Source of the DNA: a virus
Strand: one strand, 5' to 3'
Virus record (IMG/VR): IMGVR_UViG_3300029305_011681
Length of the DNA: 37,221 bases
The notes beneath the pieces are model-generated. The model did not search any database. It was not told the DNA's origin and worked only from the letters and a program-made list of their open reading frames with translations. Both the position numbers and the translations under genes were made by a program. This document shows, piece after piece, positions 8,546 through 18,309 of this stretch; positions within the stretch are counted from its first letter, which is position 1; each line of letters opens with the position of its first letter.

Positions 8546-10957
8546 CTACGTAGACGGTACAAAAGCCCAACCTTGTAAGTCTCCAGTTGGTACTGGTACT
8601 ACTTTAATTGGTACCATTTTGAACTCGTCCTCAGCTTCTAATTTTTTTACTAAAGTGGTATCTTTATTTAGGCTAAATACTTTGGTTATAGTTCCGTTGA
8701 TTTTAGAATAACCAGCGAACTCTAAAGGAGACATTACCGTATAATCTCCCAAGTACACACTTGATTTAATTAACACACCGTCAAGGTTAATATTAACTTG
8801 AGTATTCATAACCTCGCCGTTAGCTTGTTGCCACTGTGTTTTATACTCTCCAATAGATAACATAGTATCAGTAAAAGTTGCGTTACTATCGGCTGAGCCG
8901 TAAAACTCAACATCATAATAATTATCCTTTGGTAATAGAGCTTTTATTTCATATTCTTCATAAAAAGCACTTTCTCCAGCTGATAACTCAATAATGTACT
9001 CTTCGTTTGAGTTATAAAGTTTAACATAACAAGTACCGGTTGTATCTTTTTTGATTTTTGTACTAAACGTGTAATAAAACTTATTGACATCACTTTCACT
9101 ATGAGCTTTTACTTGGATCCTTTGTCTTACTATTTTATCTAGTAAAGTAAATGTATGACCGCTTAAGCTACCATTAGCTAAAGCCTCAGCACTACTTTGA
9201 ATAGATAAAGTCCCGTCTCCCTCTACCTCCCAGTTGGTAGGTATATTATTATCGTCATAAGAAAACATAACTGAGTTTTTAATTAAATTACTACCACCGC
9301 TATTTTGTACGCTATGTATAATGTTATTTATATCTTGATAAACTTTAGTAAAGTTCTCATTTATAACACCGTCCTCCTCGTACATATCGGTAACAAGCTG
9401 GTTAATATTTTGTCCTTGTTTATCTACAATAATTTCAGTATTTTTAACGCGCTTAGCTATCGTAGTAGCGTATTGATATTGAGTTTGAGTTTTTGTTTCA
9501 GCTACAGTCTTTAATATTTCTTTAATACCACCGTCAATAGTAATATTAAAATTAAAAAGAGACGTATTAAATACATCTCCAGTATCATTTACAATATCAA
9601 AACTATCGCCTATCTCAAACCAACCTAAACCCTCAGTAGTTGTTTCAAACGGATAATAACTTATACCGTGTAGAGCGTTGTAAATTGGCGTCATAGCACT
9701 ATCACGGTCTTTGTCTATAATTTCGTTGTTTTCTATTTTATACTCCGTAAGTCCGTTAAGTTCTACACTCTCCTCGTCTCTCATATAGACATTATCTTCT
9801 TGAGGAGTACGAGACAATACAATACTATTTATCTCTCCATATACTGGCTCTAGTTTTAACTTTTTCATATTATCGTAAGTTAATTGTTCTCCAGTATTAT
9901 TAAGTGGTTTAAAATAAACTTTATCGTCATTACCTATAATACAAGTACTACCAGTAGCTTGAGCTATTTGTACTAAAATATCACGATATGTAATACCGTC
10001 GATATTTTCCCATAATTCTTGAGTTATTGGATAGTCGTTCATTTCGTTATATGGTCTATGTCGGTTATTTTCTTCAGCAAGAGAAATTATCATTTCCTCA
10101 AACTTAAAACTACCTCCATTTCCATAATTATAAGCCCATAAACCATAGTCAGTTAAATCGTTAGGAGTAGTAAATGTATGATTAAATACTTTAGTCTCGT
10201 TTATACCCCAATTATTTTTTATTTCCGTATTGTCAGTAAATATTAAATCTACCATTCCCGAGCCATTACTTTTACTTATAGAAATTAACCTTTTTTGTTC
10301 CCAAGTAGTAATTTCACTAGGTTTTTCTAATAATGTTACTTTTGCACTTACTGTATATTTTGTTGCTGGTTTAAGCATTTTTAAAAGATATTTATTACTC
10401 ATAATTGGTTTAAACCATAAATTAGAATACGTGAAACTAGTATTTATTATGGAATTAACTATAACATTACTTGTAACATTTTTTAAGTTAAATAAATTAG
10501 TTCCAAAAATATTATTACCCAACTCAAGATTACACGCATTACATAATAACTTAGTATAATCTAATAAACTCATTGGATACTCTACCTCTAGTTTACTATA
10601 CTCTCTCATAGAGCTTACCATTTTATCATAACCGACTACAGTAGTTATTCCAGTATCTTTAACTGTAGTTATTTCAGTAATTAAAAAAGAGCCATAATCT
10701 AGGTACTCAACGGCACCACTGGGTAGTTTTACACCAAACCCAGCTTGTACCCATTTCCCTAGTAAATTATGCTCTCCTATATATTTAGCCTCTAATTTAC
10801 GCATAGCTGTCTTACACAAACCACTATCACAACTAACTTTAAAAGAGATTAGATCATCCGCGTCTCTTATCGCTGTACCCTCACTATTCAAGTAAGCTCT
10901 CAACTCTTTTACCGGTTGTGTCATAGCTGTTTTAAAATCATTACTTACCGCTATCAC
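8546..10957 (-). CDS. phage tail protein (tail-associated/baseplate hub-like)
   Basis: 803-aa protein directly after the DUF6711-like gene; N-terminal hub-like sequence, C-terminal beta-rich part. Confidence 0.6.
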   Translation of the reverse strand: MIAVSNDFKTAMTQPVKELRAYLNSEGTAIRDADDLISFKVSCDSGLCKTAMRKLEAKYIGEHNLLGKWVQAGFGVKLPSGAVEYLDYGSFLITEITTVKDTGITTVVGYDKMVSSMREYSKLEVEYPMSLLDYTKLLCNACNLELGNNIFGTNLFNLKNVTSNVIVNSIINTSFTYSNLWFKPIMSNKYLLKMLKPATKYTVSAKVTLLEKPSEITTWEQKRLISISKSNGSGMVDLIFTDNTEIKNNWGINETKVFNHTFTTPNDLTDYGLWAYNYGNGGSFKFEEMIISLAEENNRHRPYNEMNDYPITQELWENIDGITYRDILVQIAQATGSTCIIGNDDKVYFKPLNNTGEQLTYDNMKKLKLEPVYGEINSIVLSRTPQEDNVYMRDEESVELNGLTEYKIENNEIIDKDRDSAMTPIYNALHGISYYPFETTTEGLGWFEIGDSFDIVNDTGDVFNTSLFNFNITIDGGIKEILKTVAETKTQTQYQYATTIAKRVKNTEIIVDKQGQNINQLVTDMYEEDGVINENFTKVYQDINNIIHSVQNSGGSNLIKNSVMFSYDDNNIPTNWEVEGDGTLSIQSSAEALANGSLSGHTFTLLDKIVRQRIQVKAHSESDVNKFYYTFSTKIKKDTTGTCYVKLYNSNEEYIIELSAGESAFYEEYEIKALLPKDNYYDVEFYGSADSNATFTDTMLSIGEYKTQWQQANGEVMNTQVNINLDGVLIKSSVYLGDYTVMSPLEFAGYSKINGTITKVFSLNKDTTLVKKLEAEDEFKMVPIKVVPVPTGDLQGWAFVPST

Positions 10958-10958
10958 T

Positions 10959-11333
10959 TTAATACCTCCTTTTTGATACTGGTACTAAATTAACCTCAAA
11001 CGGTTGATAAAGACCTCTTGATTTACTCAAAAGGTCTATATCGTAATCGCTAGCGTAATAATTAGTTTTTATAGTATCTTGTATTCTCACATCAAACCAC
11101 TCAACCTCAAAATAATCAAGGTCTAGTAATTGAGTAAGTTGTGAGATTTCTTCTTGAGTGGTAACACCTATTTTCATTTTAATTTTAGGATATATACCAA
11201 TAAGGGTAGCTCTTATATCTCCAGCCATATTACGGTCGGCGTCTTTCCATAGTTTAGACCTACCTATTGTATATTGCTGTACGTGAGGTATAACAGTACC
11301 ATTGATTTTAACTAAATCTCCCTCATATATCAT
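10959..11333 (-). CDS. small tail protein (DUF6711-like)
   Basis: MIYEGDLVKINGTVIPHVQQYTIGRSKLWKDADRNMAG; downstream of tape measure. Confidence 0.55.
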   Translation of the reverse strand: MIYEGDLVKINGTVIPHVQQYTIGRSKLWKDADRNMAGDIRATLIGIYPKIKMKIGVTTQEEISQLTQLLDLDYFEVEWFDVRIQDTIKTNYYASDYDIDLLSKSRGLYQPFEVNLVPVSKRRY

Positions 11334-13687
11334 AGGCTAAACACCTCCCCGTTAGTTTCAAAGTCTTTATTTCTAATACCCTCGATAAACTTATCAAGGA
11401 TAGTGTCCTCTCCAATTTTTACTACTAATTGGATAGGAGCGTCATTACCTCCTACTTTACCAGCTAGTTTATCAGCTAATTGGTCTATCCAACCGGTATT
11501 ACGTTCTAGTGGCATTACAGCCTCTTTACCAGCTTCTCCTATCATAGCGTAAGTAGGACTATCAACAATACCACCTTGAGCTAGTTTAGGTATTTTCTTA
11601 ATATTGAAGCCCCATTTTTTACCACCGATAACTGGTACCCAGTCCGGTACATCAAAACCGATTTTATTTATACCAGCTATAAAGCTATTAAGTACATCTA
11701 TTATAGTATTTATAATACCTTTAACGGATCCAAATAAAGCGTCCCATATTCCGTCAAATATTGATTTAACACCGTCCCACGCTTTTTTCCAATTAAGAGT
11801 AAATACACCAGTAATAAAATTAACTACACCAGTAAGTACTTTTGTTATACCAGTAATTAAATCACTTATAACACCAACAATAGTACCAACAATACCAATA
11901 ACGTGGTTACTTAAATAAGCCCACGCTGGAGATAAAAAGTCTAATAACCACGATACGATAGGATGTATAAACTTATTATAAATCTCTAAAGCACCATTGA
12001 TTACACTACCTACTAAATCTCCTATGGCTTTAACCATTTTACTTAAGTGTTCGTCCCATAACCAAGATAAAGTCTCCAAAAATGGAGTAATTATTGGCTC
12101 AATAACGTTATCCCATATACTTTGGAATAAAGCTATTATATTAGTAGCAAACTGTCCTACATTATCTACTAAAGGTTTACCGTGTTCGTTCCACAATTCT
12201 ACAAGTATACCGCTAAAATCAGCCCACGATTTAGTTATTAACTGTATATATGGATCAAAAGCGTCTTTCCATATAGAATTAAACACTCCAGTAACTCCGT
12301 CTATAATAGGTTGTCCCCAAGTTTCAATACCAGCTTGTATATCAGTCCAAAAAGTAGTCCATAATGTAGTCATATTACTAATAGCTGTACCTACGTTTAA
12401 CTCGATATTAGACCAAGTTAACATCATATTCTCACTAAACATAGTACCTAGACTACACATAAAATCAAATATAAACTGAGCGTAGGTTGTTACAGCTCCA
12501 GCGTATGCTTGTACTGGTGCTGTGTTCCATATTGACTTAAGTACATTTCCAACAGTCGAAAAAGATTTTTTCATATTTTCAACTATCTTATCAACTTTAC
12601 TATTGATTTGGTCTAAACCAGCGTCATACTCGCTTAAATCAAAACCTATATCTCCACTAACGGCACCTCCACCACTGGTAGATCCACTATCACTAGAGCT
12701 ATCTTGTAAAACGTTCATTTCGTCGAAACCAGCTAAAGTACCTTTTAACTTTTTAGCCGATTTATTAGCGTCGTCTAAACCACTACCAACACTACTAATA
12801 TTACTACTAATATTAGCTGTCTCGTCGCTAGCACTTGTAGATTTTAAACCTAGTAGTTTTGATAAACTGTTTAAAGCATAAGTTATTACTTTAGTAAAAG
12901 CTGTGATATATGGTATTACAGCTTGTAAAATAGGCATAAAAAAACTACCAAAAGTTATACCTAATTGTTGTACTTGGCTCTTTAATTGTCTTAACTGATT
13001 ACTAGGACTATCTAAAGTTCTAGCTAGGTCGCCTTGAGCGTTACCAGTTTGTTGTAAAATAGCACAATAACGAGCTAGTACTTTTTGTTGCTGTGTTAAC
13101 TCAGTACCAGTTTCAGCGATACCTTGTTGATAAGCAACTTGTTTTATTGTATTTTCGTCTACTAGGATACCAAGTCGTTTTAACGGCTCAGTTTCCCCAG
13201 TAAGACCAGCATTTATTTTACTAAATGCTTCGTCAGTACTTAAATTATAAAATGACGCCATATCGTTAGCTAAAAGTGTTACACCTTTAGACATTTTTAA
13301 GGCGTTATCCTCAGCTAGACCCATTGAGGTAGTCATATTATAAATAGTACCAACATTTTTACGCATTTCGGTAGCACTAAGCCCTAAGGCATTACCTACC
13401 TCCTCGCTCCAGTCTCTAACGCTATCAGCCATATTACCTAGTGATACCTCAAATAAGTTATCACTTTCAATAGCGTCCATACCGAGTTGGATACTGTCTT
13501 TGATTACTTTACCGATACCTAAAGCTACAATACCAGTTTTTAGCTTTTTAAAAGCCGACGTTACACCTTTTTGGGTTTTATCCGCCGACTTTTTTAAACT
13601 TGCCACAGTATTATTAGTTTTAGCTATCTCTTTTTGTAAGGCTGTTGTATTAGCCGTTATCAAGACTTGTAACTCGTCAACTGTCAT
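11330..13687 (-). CDS. tail tape measure protein
   Basis: 785 aa; N-terminal coiled-coil, hydrophobic central segments, repeated W-rich elements, position after the tail chaperones. Confidence 0.9.
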   Translation of the reverse strand: MTVDELQVLITANTTALQKEIAKTNNTVASLKKSADKTQKGVTSAFKKLKTGIVALGIGKVIKDSIQLGMDAIESDNLFEVSLGNMADSVRDWSEEVGNALGLSATEMRKNVGTIYNMTTSMGLAEDNALKMSKGVTLLANDMASFYNLSTDEAFSKINAGLTGETEPLKRLGILVDENTIKQVAYQQGIAETGTELTQQQKVLARYCAILQQTGNAQGDLARTLDSPSNQLRQLKSQVQQLGITFGSFFMPILQAVIPYITAFTKVITYALNSLSKLLGLKSTSASDETANISSNISSVGSGLDDANKSAKKLKGTLAGFDEMNVLQDSSSDSGSTSGGGAVSGDIGFDLSEYDAGLDQINSKVDKIVENMKKSFSTVGNVLKSIWNTAPVQAYAGAVTTYAQFIFDFMCSLGTMFSENMMLTWSNIELNVGTAISNMTTLWTTFWTDIQAGIETWGQPIIDGVTGVFNSIWKDAFDPYIQLITKSWADFSGILVELWNEHGKPLVDNVGQFATNIIALFQSIWDNVIEPIITPFLETLSWLWDEHLSKMVKAIGDLVGSVINGALEIYNKFIHPIVSWLLDFLSPAWAYLSNHVIGIVGTIVGVISDLITGITKVLTGVVNFITGVFTLNWKKAWDGVKSIFDGIWDALFGSVKGIINTIIDVLNSFIAGINKIGFDVPDWVPVIGGKKWGFNIKKIPKLAQGGIVDSPTYAMIGEAGKEAVMPLERNTGWIDQLADKLAGKVGGNDAPIQLVVKIGEDTILDKFIEGIRNKDFETNGEVFSL

Positions 13688-14103
13688 TTAATAACACCTC
13701 CCATTTTTATAGTATTACGGCGAGCTTGTGTTTCCATTTCCTCGTCCGTCATAGGCTTTAATTCGGTGCTTTTTTCAGTAAACGGCTTACTTGGGTAGTG
13801 TTTAGGATCATTAACAGCATAAGCTACATACTTTCCAAGTACATAGTTAAGCATATCTACCTCTTTAAGTCTTTGTGTTTCCTTTTCGTTAAATACTTTG
13901 ATATGTTTTTCCCATTGTTTTGGGTTTAAACTCCAAAAATAATGGAGGTCTAACCCTACTCTAATAGCGTCCTCCTCCATATCTCGCCACATATCGCCAA
14001 AGTATTTATATTTTTTTATAGGTTGTTCTCTATTTCCTCGTTGACTTGATTTTGACGTTTCATTTTCAACGCTCTTATCTTCTCCAAGTTCACATCCCTC
14101 GAT
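13684..14103 (-). CDS. tail assembly chaperone, downstream (GT-type) portion, reached by -1 frameshift
   Basis: ORF 13684..13992 is open upstream to 14103 in the -1 frame of ORF 14016..14369; position immediately before the tape measure gene. Confidence 0.75.
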   Translation of the reverse strand: MEGCELGEDKSVENETSKSSQRGNREQPIKKYKYFGDMWRDMEEDAIRVGLDLHYFWSLNPKQWEKHIKVFNEKETQRLKEVDMLNYVLGKYVAYAVNDPKHYPSKPFTEKSTELKPMTDEEMETQARRNTIKMGGVIK

Positions 14104-14369
14104 AAAAAACCCCCGTTAATTAAAGCCTCCATAATATCCATAACTAACTCGTCTTTATCGTTTGCTTCTAAGTAACTATCTATCGTAGAAATAGCAACCG
14201 TACGGCTTACACCGTGATTACCGTTATCGTCGATAAGTCCTTTTTGAATAAATAAAGCTAAATTACCAACAGTAGTATCACTAATACAATTTTCTATTGG
14301 TAATTTTTTAGTTTGTTCTATTTCGTCTACTTTCGTAGCATTATATTTTAAGTTCAATTTCATTTTCAT
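14016..14369 (-). CDS. tail assembly chaperone, upstream (G-type) protein
   Basis: 117 aa between major tail protein and tape measure; contains in-frame T_TTT_TTA. Confidence 0.75.
   Translation of the reverse strand: MKMKLNLKYNATKVDEIEQTKKLPIENCISDTTVGNLALFIQKGLIDDNGNHGVSRTVAISTIDSYLEANDKDELVMDIMEALINGGFLSRDVNLEKIRALKMKRQNQVNEEIENNL
14103..14109 (-). promoter_or_regulatory. slippery heptamer for programmed -1 ribosomal frameshifting (T TTT TTA)
   Basis: TTTTTTA in minus strand, codon phase X_XXY_YYZ matches the frame of ORF 14016..14369; overlapping G_GGT_TTT just upstream. Confidence 0.7.
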
Positions 14370-14433
14370 ATCCTCCTATTAACTTACTAAACAAAAAAGA
14401 GGGAGACCAGTTATCAACCGACCTCCCATATAA

Positions 14434-14868
14434 TTAAGCCGATTTAGTATACACTGGTTTACCGCTAATACGTAATGTAGCTGTAAAAGTTGCTAAACCG
14501 TCAGTAGTTTTTTCTCCGTCCTTAAAAGACTTAACAAAGGCATTGAATACCCATTTAGCACCACTAGGGTAAGCTACAGTCCATTCTTCTACGCTTTGAC
14601 TTTCAGCTAATGCTAGCATTTTTTCAACGTTGCTTTCGTCTTTAATGTTACCAGCTAAACTAACCTCTCCAGCGTCTTTAGATCCAGCTATAAACTCTTT
14701 ATAGTTGTTTGGACTATCTAAATCAGTAGTATCAATTTCTTCACTTTCAACACCTATTTCGCCAATAGATGTTAAGTTAGCAATTCTTAAGTCCTCTAGT
14801 TCGTCGCCACTCTTAGTTTTATTAAGAGTAGTACCCATAGTACGAGTAGCTTGTTTGATTTCAGCCAT
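14434..14868 (-). CDS. major tail protein
   Basis: 144 aa MAEIKQATRTMGTTLNKTKSGDELEDLRIANLTSIGEIGVESEEIDTTDLDSP...; Ig-like/tail tube composition, position. Confidence 0.75.
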   Translation of the reverse strand: MAEIKQATRTMGTTLNKTKSGDELEDLRIANLTSIGEIGVESEEIDTTDLDSPNNYKEFIAGSKDAGEVSLAGNIKDESNVEKMLALAESQSVEEWTVAYPSGAKWVFNAFVKSFKDGEKTTDGLATFTATLRISGKPVYTKSA

Positions 14869-14885
14869 ATTTTTACCTCCTTTAG

Positions 14886-15218
14886 TTAAACTATCTTGGT
14901 AAACCTATTTAAAATATGATATAGGTTTCCGTTATTAGGTACGTCGTTTGAGTACGACATTTTGTATAGATTTAGTCTCATTATTTCTTCAACTTGAGAT
15001 AATACTTTACTAGCTGTAACACTATCCTCAGCCCATACATCTACAACAACCTCTAAATCTTGACTTAATATTTCATTATCAAGATCAACATTTATAACGT
15101 TATTACCAACGCTAAATATAATAGCTGGTAAGTCGTTAAATGTAGCTGGTTGAGTTTGTGATACATAATAATTTAATTGTTTCAAACTGTTATAAATATC
15201 GCTTTTAGGTAAGTACAT
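14886..15218 (-). CDS. tail completion / minor capsid-type protein
   Basis: 110 aa; position between HK97-gp10-like and major tail protein. Confidence 0.55.
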   Translation of the reverse strand: MYLPKSDIYNSLKQLNYYVSQTQPATFNDLPAIIFSVGNNVINVDLDNEILSQDLEVVVDVWAEDSVTASKVLSQVEEIMRLNLYKMSYSNDVPNNGNLYHILNRFTKIV

Positions 15219-15220
15219 AA

Positions 15221-15706
15221 CTATTGACCTCCTTTACAACTATCTTTAAGTTTTTCTTTAACACCAGTTTTAAATAATTGCTTGATATATTTTTCGTTTT
15301 GTTTAAGAGCTGGATACATATAAGGTTGAGCGATTTGTCCTTTGGTATAAAAAAAAGTTTCTCCACCGTCCGGAGTGTATACCCACCCACTATCACGGTA
15401 AGACAAACTTACATTTTCTATTTTATAAGGATAACTACCATTACCTTTGATACCAGTACCAAACTCAACGTATGGTGCGTACTCTAAATTAGTGTAAACA
15501 CGCCCCTCCATATTTCCCGCTTTATTATTAACCTCCATACGAATACTACCAGCAAGATTACCAGTATCTCCAACTGGAGCTAAAGCTTTGGCTTGAGCGT
15601 GTACTAATTTAGTAGCCTCTACCATTTTGTCCCGTAAGTCCATATCAGCAATTCTTTTAAGACGCTGGGTTAAACGGTCAACATTTTTTACTGTTACTGT
15701 CGCCAT
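15221..15706 (-). CDS. HK97 gp10-like head-tail joining protein
   Basis: 161 aa; LVHAQAKALAPVGDTGNLAGSIR...YAPYVEFGTG motif. Confidence 0.8.
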   Translation of the reverse strand: MATVTVKNVDRLTQRLKRIADMDLRDKMVEATKLVHAQAKALAPVGDTGNLAGSIRMEVNNKAGNMEGRVYTNLEYAPYVEFGTGIKGNGSYPYKIENVSLSYRDSGWVYTPDGGETFFYTKGQIAQPYMYPALKQNEKYIKQLFKTGVKEKLKDSCKGGQ

Positions 15707-16035
15707 TTAGTAGCAACTATAAGTAAATGACTATCACTAGGTAAAATATCAGTAACATTGTATATAACATCTTGGTACTTAATCATATCGTTGATTTTAA
15801 GTAAGTTATAGTCAGTTGTTATTGATACGTCTATGTTATAGTCAAGTCCGTACTCCTCTTGTATTTGTTTACAATTTGAAAAATTAACATTACCTTTAAA
15901 AGTTTCTAAAACATCATAACCTTTACTATTTACTCCACCCTCAGCGTCAATACTAGTATTTTTAACTAACACCGATACCTCTTTGTCGTAAAAAGTCTTA
16001 GCTATTTGTTTTTTCATTTGATTTGGGATATACAA
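15694..16035 (-). CDS. head closure / head-tail adaptor
   Basis: 113 aa; position and IDAEGGVNSKGYDV...DMIKYQDVIYNVTDILPSDSH. Confidence 0.55.
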   Translation of the reverse strand: MYIPNQMKKQIAKTFYDKEVSVLVKNTSIDAEGGVNSKGYDVLETFKGNVNFSNCKQIQEEYGLDYNIDVSITTDYNLLKINDMIKYQDVIYNVTDILPSDSHLLIVATKWRQ

Positions 16036-16432
16036 CTTTTACCCTCCTATATCTACTAAGTACACCAGTAAAACTAGTAAACAATTCTTCGTCGCTTACT
16101 GTTGTAAAATACTTGGTTACCTCGTTGGCGTATGATATAGACTGTCCGTTATCGCTAATACTTGTAACAACTCGGTCAACAGCTGTATTGTCCTCGTTAT
16201 TTATAGCGATTTCTTTTAAGCATTTCTTCAACCCAGTATTAACTATATTAGCTAAAATACGCTCTACTTTAGTAGGTATAGTCTCGCTATTTAAGTAAAG
16301 GCAAACTCTATCTATAACCTCTTCAATACAAAAATCTATTAAACCAGTATTATCCGTTTCAATATCTTTTAAGTTTTTATTGAGGATCCCTAGATATGTT
16401 TTTATCCTATCTTTTACTGTTGTTTCGTCCAT
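15998..16432 (-). CDS. head-tail connector (gp6-like)
   Basis: 144 aa; DFCIEEVIDRVCLYLN, helical connector-like. Confidence 0.6.
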   Translation of the reverse strand: MDETTVKDRIKTYLGILNKNLKDIETDNTGLIDFCIEEVIDRVCLYLNSETIPTKVERILANIVNTGLKKCLKEIAINNEDNTAVDRVVTSISDNGQSISYANEVTKYFTTVSDEELFTSFTGVLSRYRRVKVVYPKSNEKTNS

Positions 16433-16464
16433 ATTAACACCTCCTTAGTAGTAGACTGTAATAA

Positions 16465-16710
16465 CTATTCAGTTTCTTTAGCACTAATTAGCTCTAAAAG
16501 TTCGGCTTTAGTAACTTTTTTAGTATATTCGATACCTAGTTCGTCAGCTTTAGCTTTTAAATCGTTTAAAGTAGGCTCTTTATCAGCCTTTTTATCTTCA
16601 ACTAATTCGTATACATCAGTATACTTTTCATATTGAGCGATTAGTTTTTCGTTTGTAACGTGTTCTAATACTCCTACTAATTTGTTTCTAAATGTTTTCA
16701 TTATTTCCAC
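16465..16710 (-). CDS. small protein with HeH/LEM or Rho-N-like C-terminal motif
   Basis: TLNDLKAKADELGIEYTKKVTKAELLELI. Confidence 0.6.
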   Translation of the reverse strand: MEIMKTFRNKLVGVLEHVTNEKLIAQYEKYTDVYELVEDKKADKEPTLNDLKAKADELGIEYTKKVTKAELLELISAKETE

Positions 16711-16754
16711 CTTAACCTTTTCTAATATTTATTATTTTTATTATTTTGACTTAA

Positions 16755-17579
16755 TTACACTGTTTCAGCGTATTTGATTAAGTCTGGCATAACAGCCTTA
16801 GTACCTTTTGAGAAGAATAATTCAAGTGCAATATCATTTGATAGAGGTATTTTTTCAGCGTCGTATTCGTCAGTAGTAACTAATTGTCCTACAGCTCCGT
16901 CGATCATACAAATAATAGGTTTTGTTTGTCTATGATTTGAGAAAATACGTACTCTATGGAATAATTCCTCAGTTAAACCATTTAAGCTATTTGGTACACT
17001 ATCAATATAATTTTCGATAGCTGAGTAGATAGCTGGAGTTACAGTAACTACTAGCATATCACGGTCAACACCGTCAACCCAGTCATTTTTAGTAGTTTCA
17101 ACTGATAAAATTAACTCTTCAACTTTTTCTTGGATAGTTTCTTTAGTTAATTCAACAGCTGTACCCTCTTTTTCAGCACAAGCGAAGAACTCACTATCTA
17201 AGTAAGCTATCATACGTTTGATATGGTTAGCTTTTCTCTTTTCAGCCATACCACTTAAACCGTGTAATTTAACATCTTTTCTAGCTAATTCTTCTACGAT
17301 TTCTTTATCAGTATCAACTGAGATAGTTACTTTACCGCTATTCTTTAAAGCGTCTCCTTTTCCACCTTTTCTAGCTGTACCTAAATCATTAACTACAGCA
17401 TTTTTAAATCTATCGATTTCTACTGTACCAGTAGTAGCGTCTCCACTATAGTTTTTATTTTTGATTTGTTCGCTTATTGCACCTTTTTGTACCGCTTCAA
17501 TTACTTCTCCGTAAGTTTCAGCTAATTTGTCTTTAGTTTCGTCATTTATATAAATATTTAACGCGTCTTGTCTTGCCAT
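16755..17579 (-). CDS. major capsid protein
   Basis: 274 aa directly after the scaffold gene; HK97-fold-like length and order. Confidence 0.7.
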   Translation of the reverse strand: MARQDALNIYINDETKDKLAETYGEVIEAVQKGAISEQIKNKNYSGDATTGTVEIDRFKNAVVNDLGTARKGGKGDALKNSGKVTISVDTDKEIVEELARKDVKLHGLSGMAEKRKANHIKRMIAYLDSEFFACAEKEGTAVELTKETIQEKVEELILSVETTKNDWVDGVDRDMLVVTVTPAIYSAIENYIDSVPNSLNGLTEELFHRVRIFSNHRQTKPIICMIDGAVGQLVTTDEYDAEKIPLSNDIALELFFSKGTKAVMPDLIKYAETV

Positions 17580-17612
17580 ATATACATCACTCCTTTATCT
17601 AATTTTTTGGCA

Positions 17613-18143
17613 TTAAAAAGCCGACACAACTTTTTTAGTCTTGTCGGTATCATTGTTAGAATTAGAAAAGTCCGTTGGTGGAGTTCCTTTTAACTTATCA
17701 GTTACTCCAGTCTCTACTGACTTATTATAAGTTTTAGCTAGTTTTTCAATATTTTCTTTAGTCTTTGTTTCGTCTAAATCTACAACAAAGTCCACTAAGT
17801 CAATAGGGATATTTTTAGCTTTAAGCATTTCTTGAGCTGTTAAGCGTCTCTCACGTAAAGTAATATTATCCTCACGTGCTTTAAGCTCAGCCTCTCTTTT
17901 GCTTTTAGCCTCCTTTTCTCTTTCCTCCTCAGTTAATTTAGCTTGGCGTCTTTCCTCAGCGATCGCATTAGCCACAGCTATTTTGATAGCTTCTTCGGTC
18001 TTAGCTTTTTCTTCGCCTCTTATTTTTCCAGCTAATTTATCCATATCAGCTTGAGAAAAAGTTTCATTTCCAGCGTTCTTGTCCTCGTTTGTAGGTACCG
18101 TAGCTGTATTTGTACCTTGAGTAGTAGTTTTGTTATCGTCCAT
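17613..18143 (-). CDS. capsid scaffolding protein (DUF4355/GP20-like)
   Basis: highly charged coiled-coil, FSQADMDKLAGKI...; immediately before major capsid. Confidence 0.75.
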   Translation of the reverse strand: MDDNKTTTQGTNTATVPTNEDKNAGNETFSQADMDKLAGKIRGEEKAKTEEAIKIAVANAIAEERRQAKLTEEEREKEAKSKREAELKAREDNITLRERRLTAQEMLKAKNIPIDLVDFVVDLDETKTKENIEKLAKTYNKSVETGVTDKLKGTPPTDFSNSNNDTDKTKKVVSAF

Positions 18144-18226
18144 AGTTCAATAACTCTCCTTTCTCCGTTTAACGCCCGTCGGCTATATGTGAAAAAAGAC
18201 ACATCCAAGCGTCTTAATTCCATTAT

Positions 18227-18303
18227 TGGTAGACAAGGTAGGACTTGCACCCACGACCCCACGGATATAAGCCGTGTACTCTAACTAACTGAGTTACTTG
18301 TCT
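18227..18303 (-). tRNA. tRNA-Ile (anticodon UAU), CCA encoded
   Basis: Minus-strand cloverleaf: acceptor AGACAAG/CTTGTCT, D-stem ACTC/GAGT, anticodon stem CACGG/CCGTG with loop CTTATAT, T-stem GTGGG/CCTAC, 3' ACCA. Confidence 0.85.
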
Positions 18304-18309
18304 ATATTA

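Noticed and set aside
8427-13691. Several plus-strand ORFs of 60-160 codons opposite the tail genes
   Set aside because: They lie fully antisense to long, well-supported minus-strand genes and have no RBS or operon context.
13684-13992. Independent gene starting at ATG 13992
   Set aside because: No convincing RBS at 13992. The frame is open upstream to the T_TTT_TTA site, so -1 frameshift expression is more consistent.
18032-18284. Plus-strand ORFs 18032..18262 and 18051..18284 (RGRQGRTCTHDPT...)
   Set aside because: They are antisense to the scaffold gene start and the tRNA; the GRxGRTCTHDPT pattern is a common artefact of translating tRNA antisense sequence.
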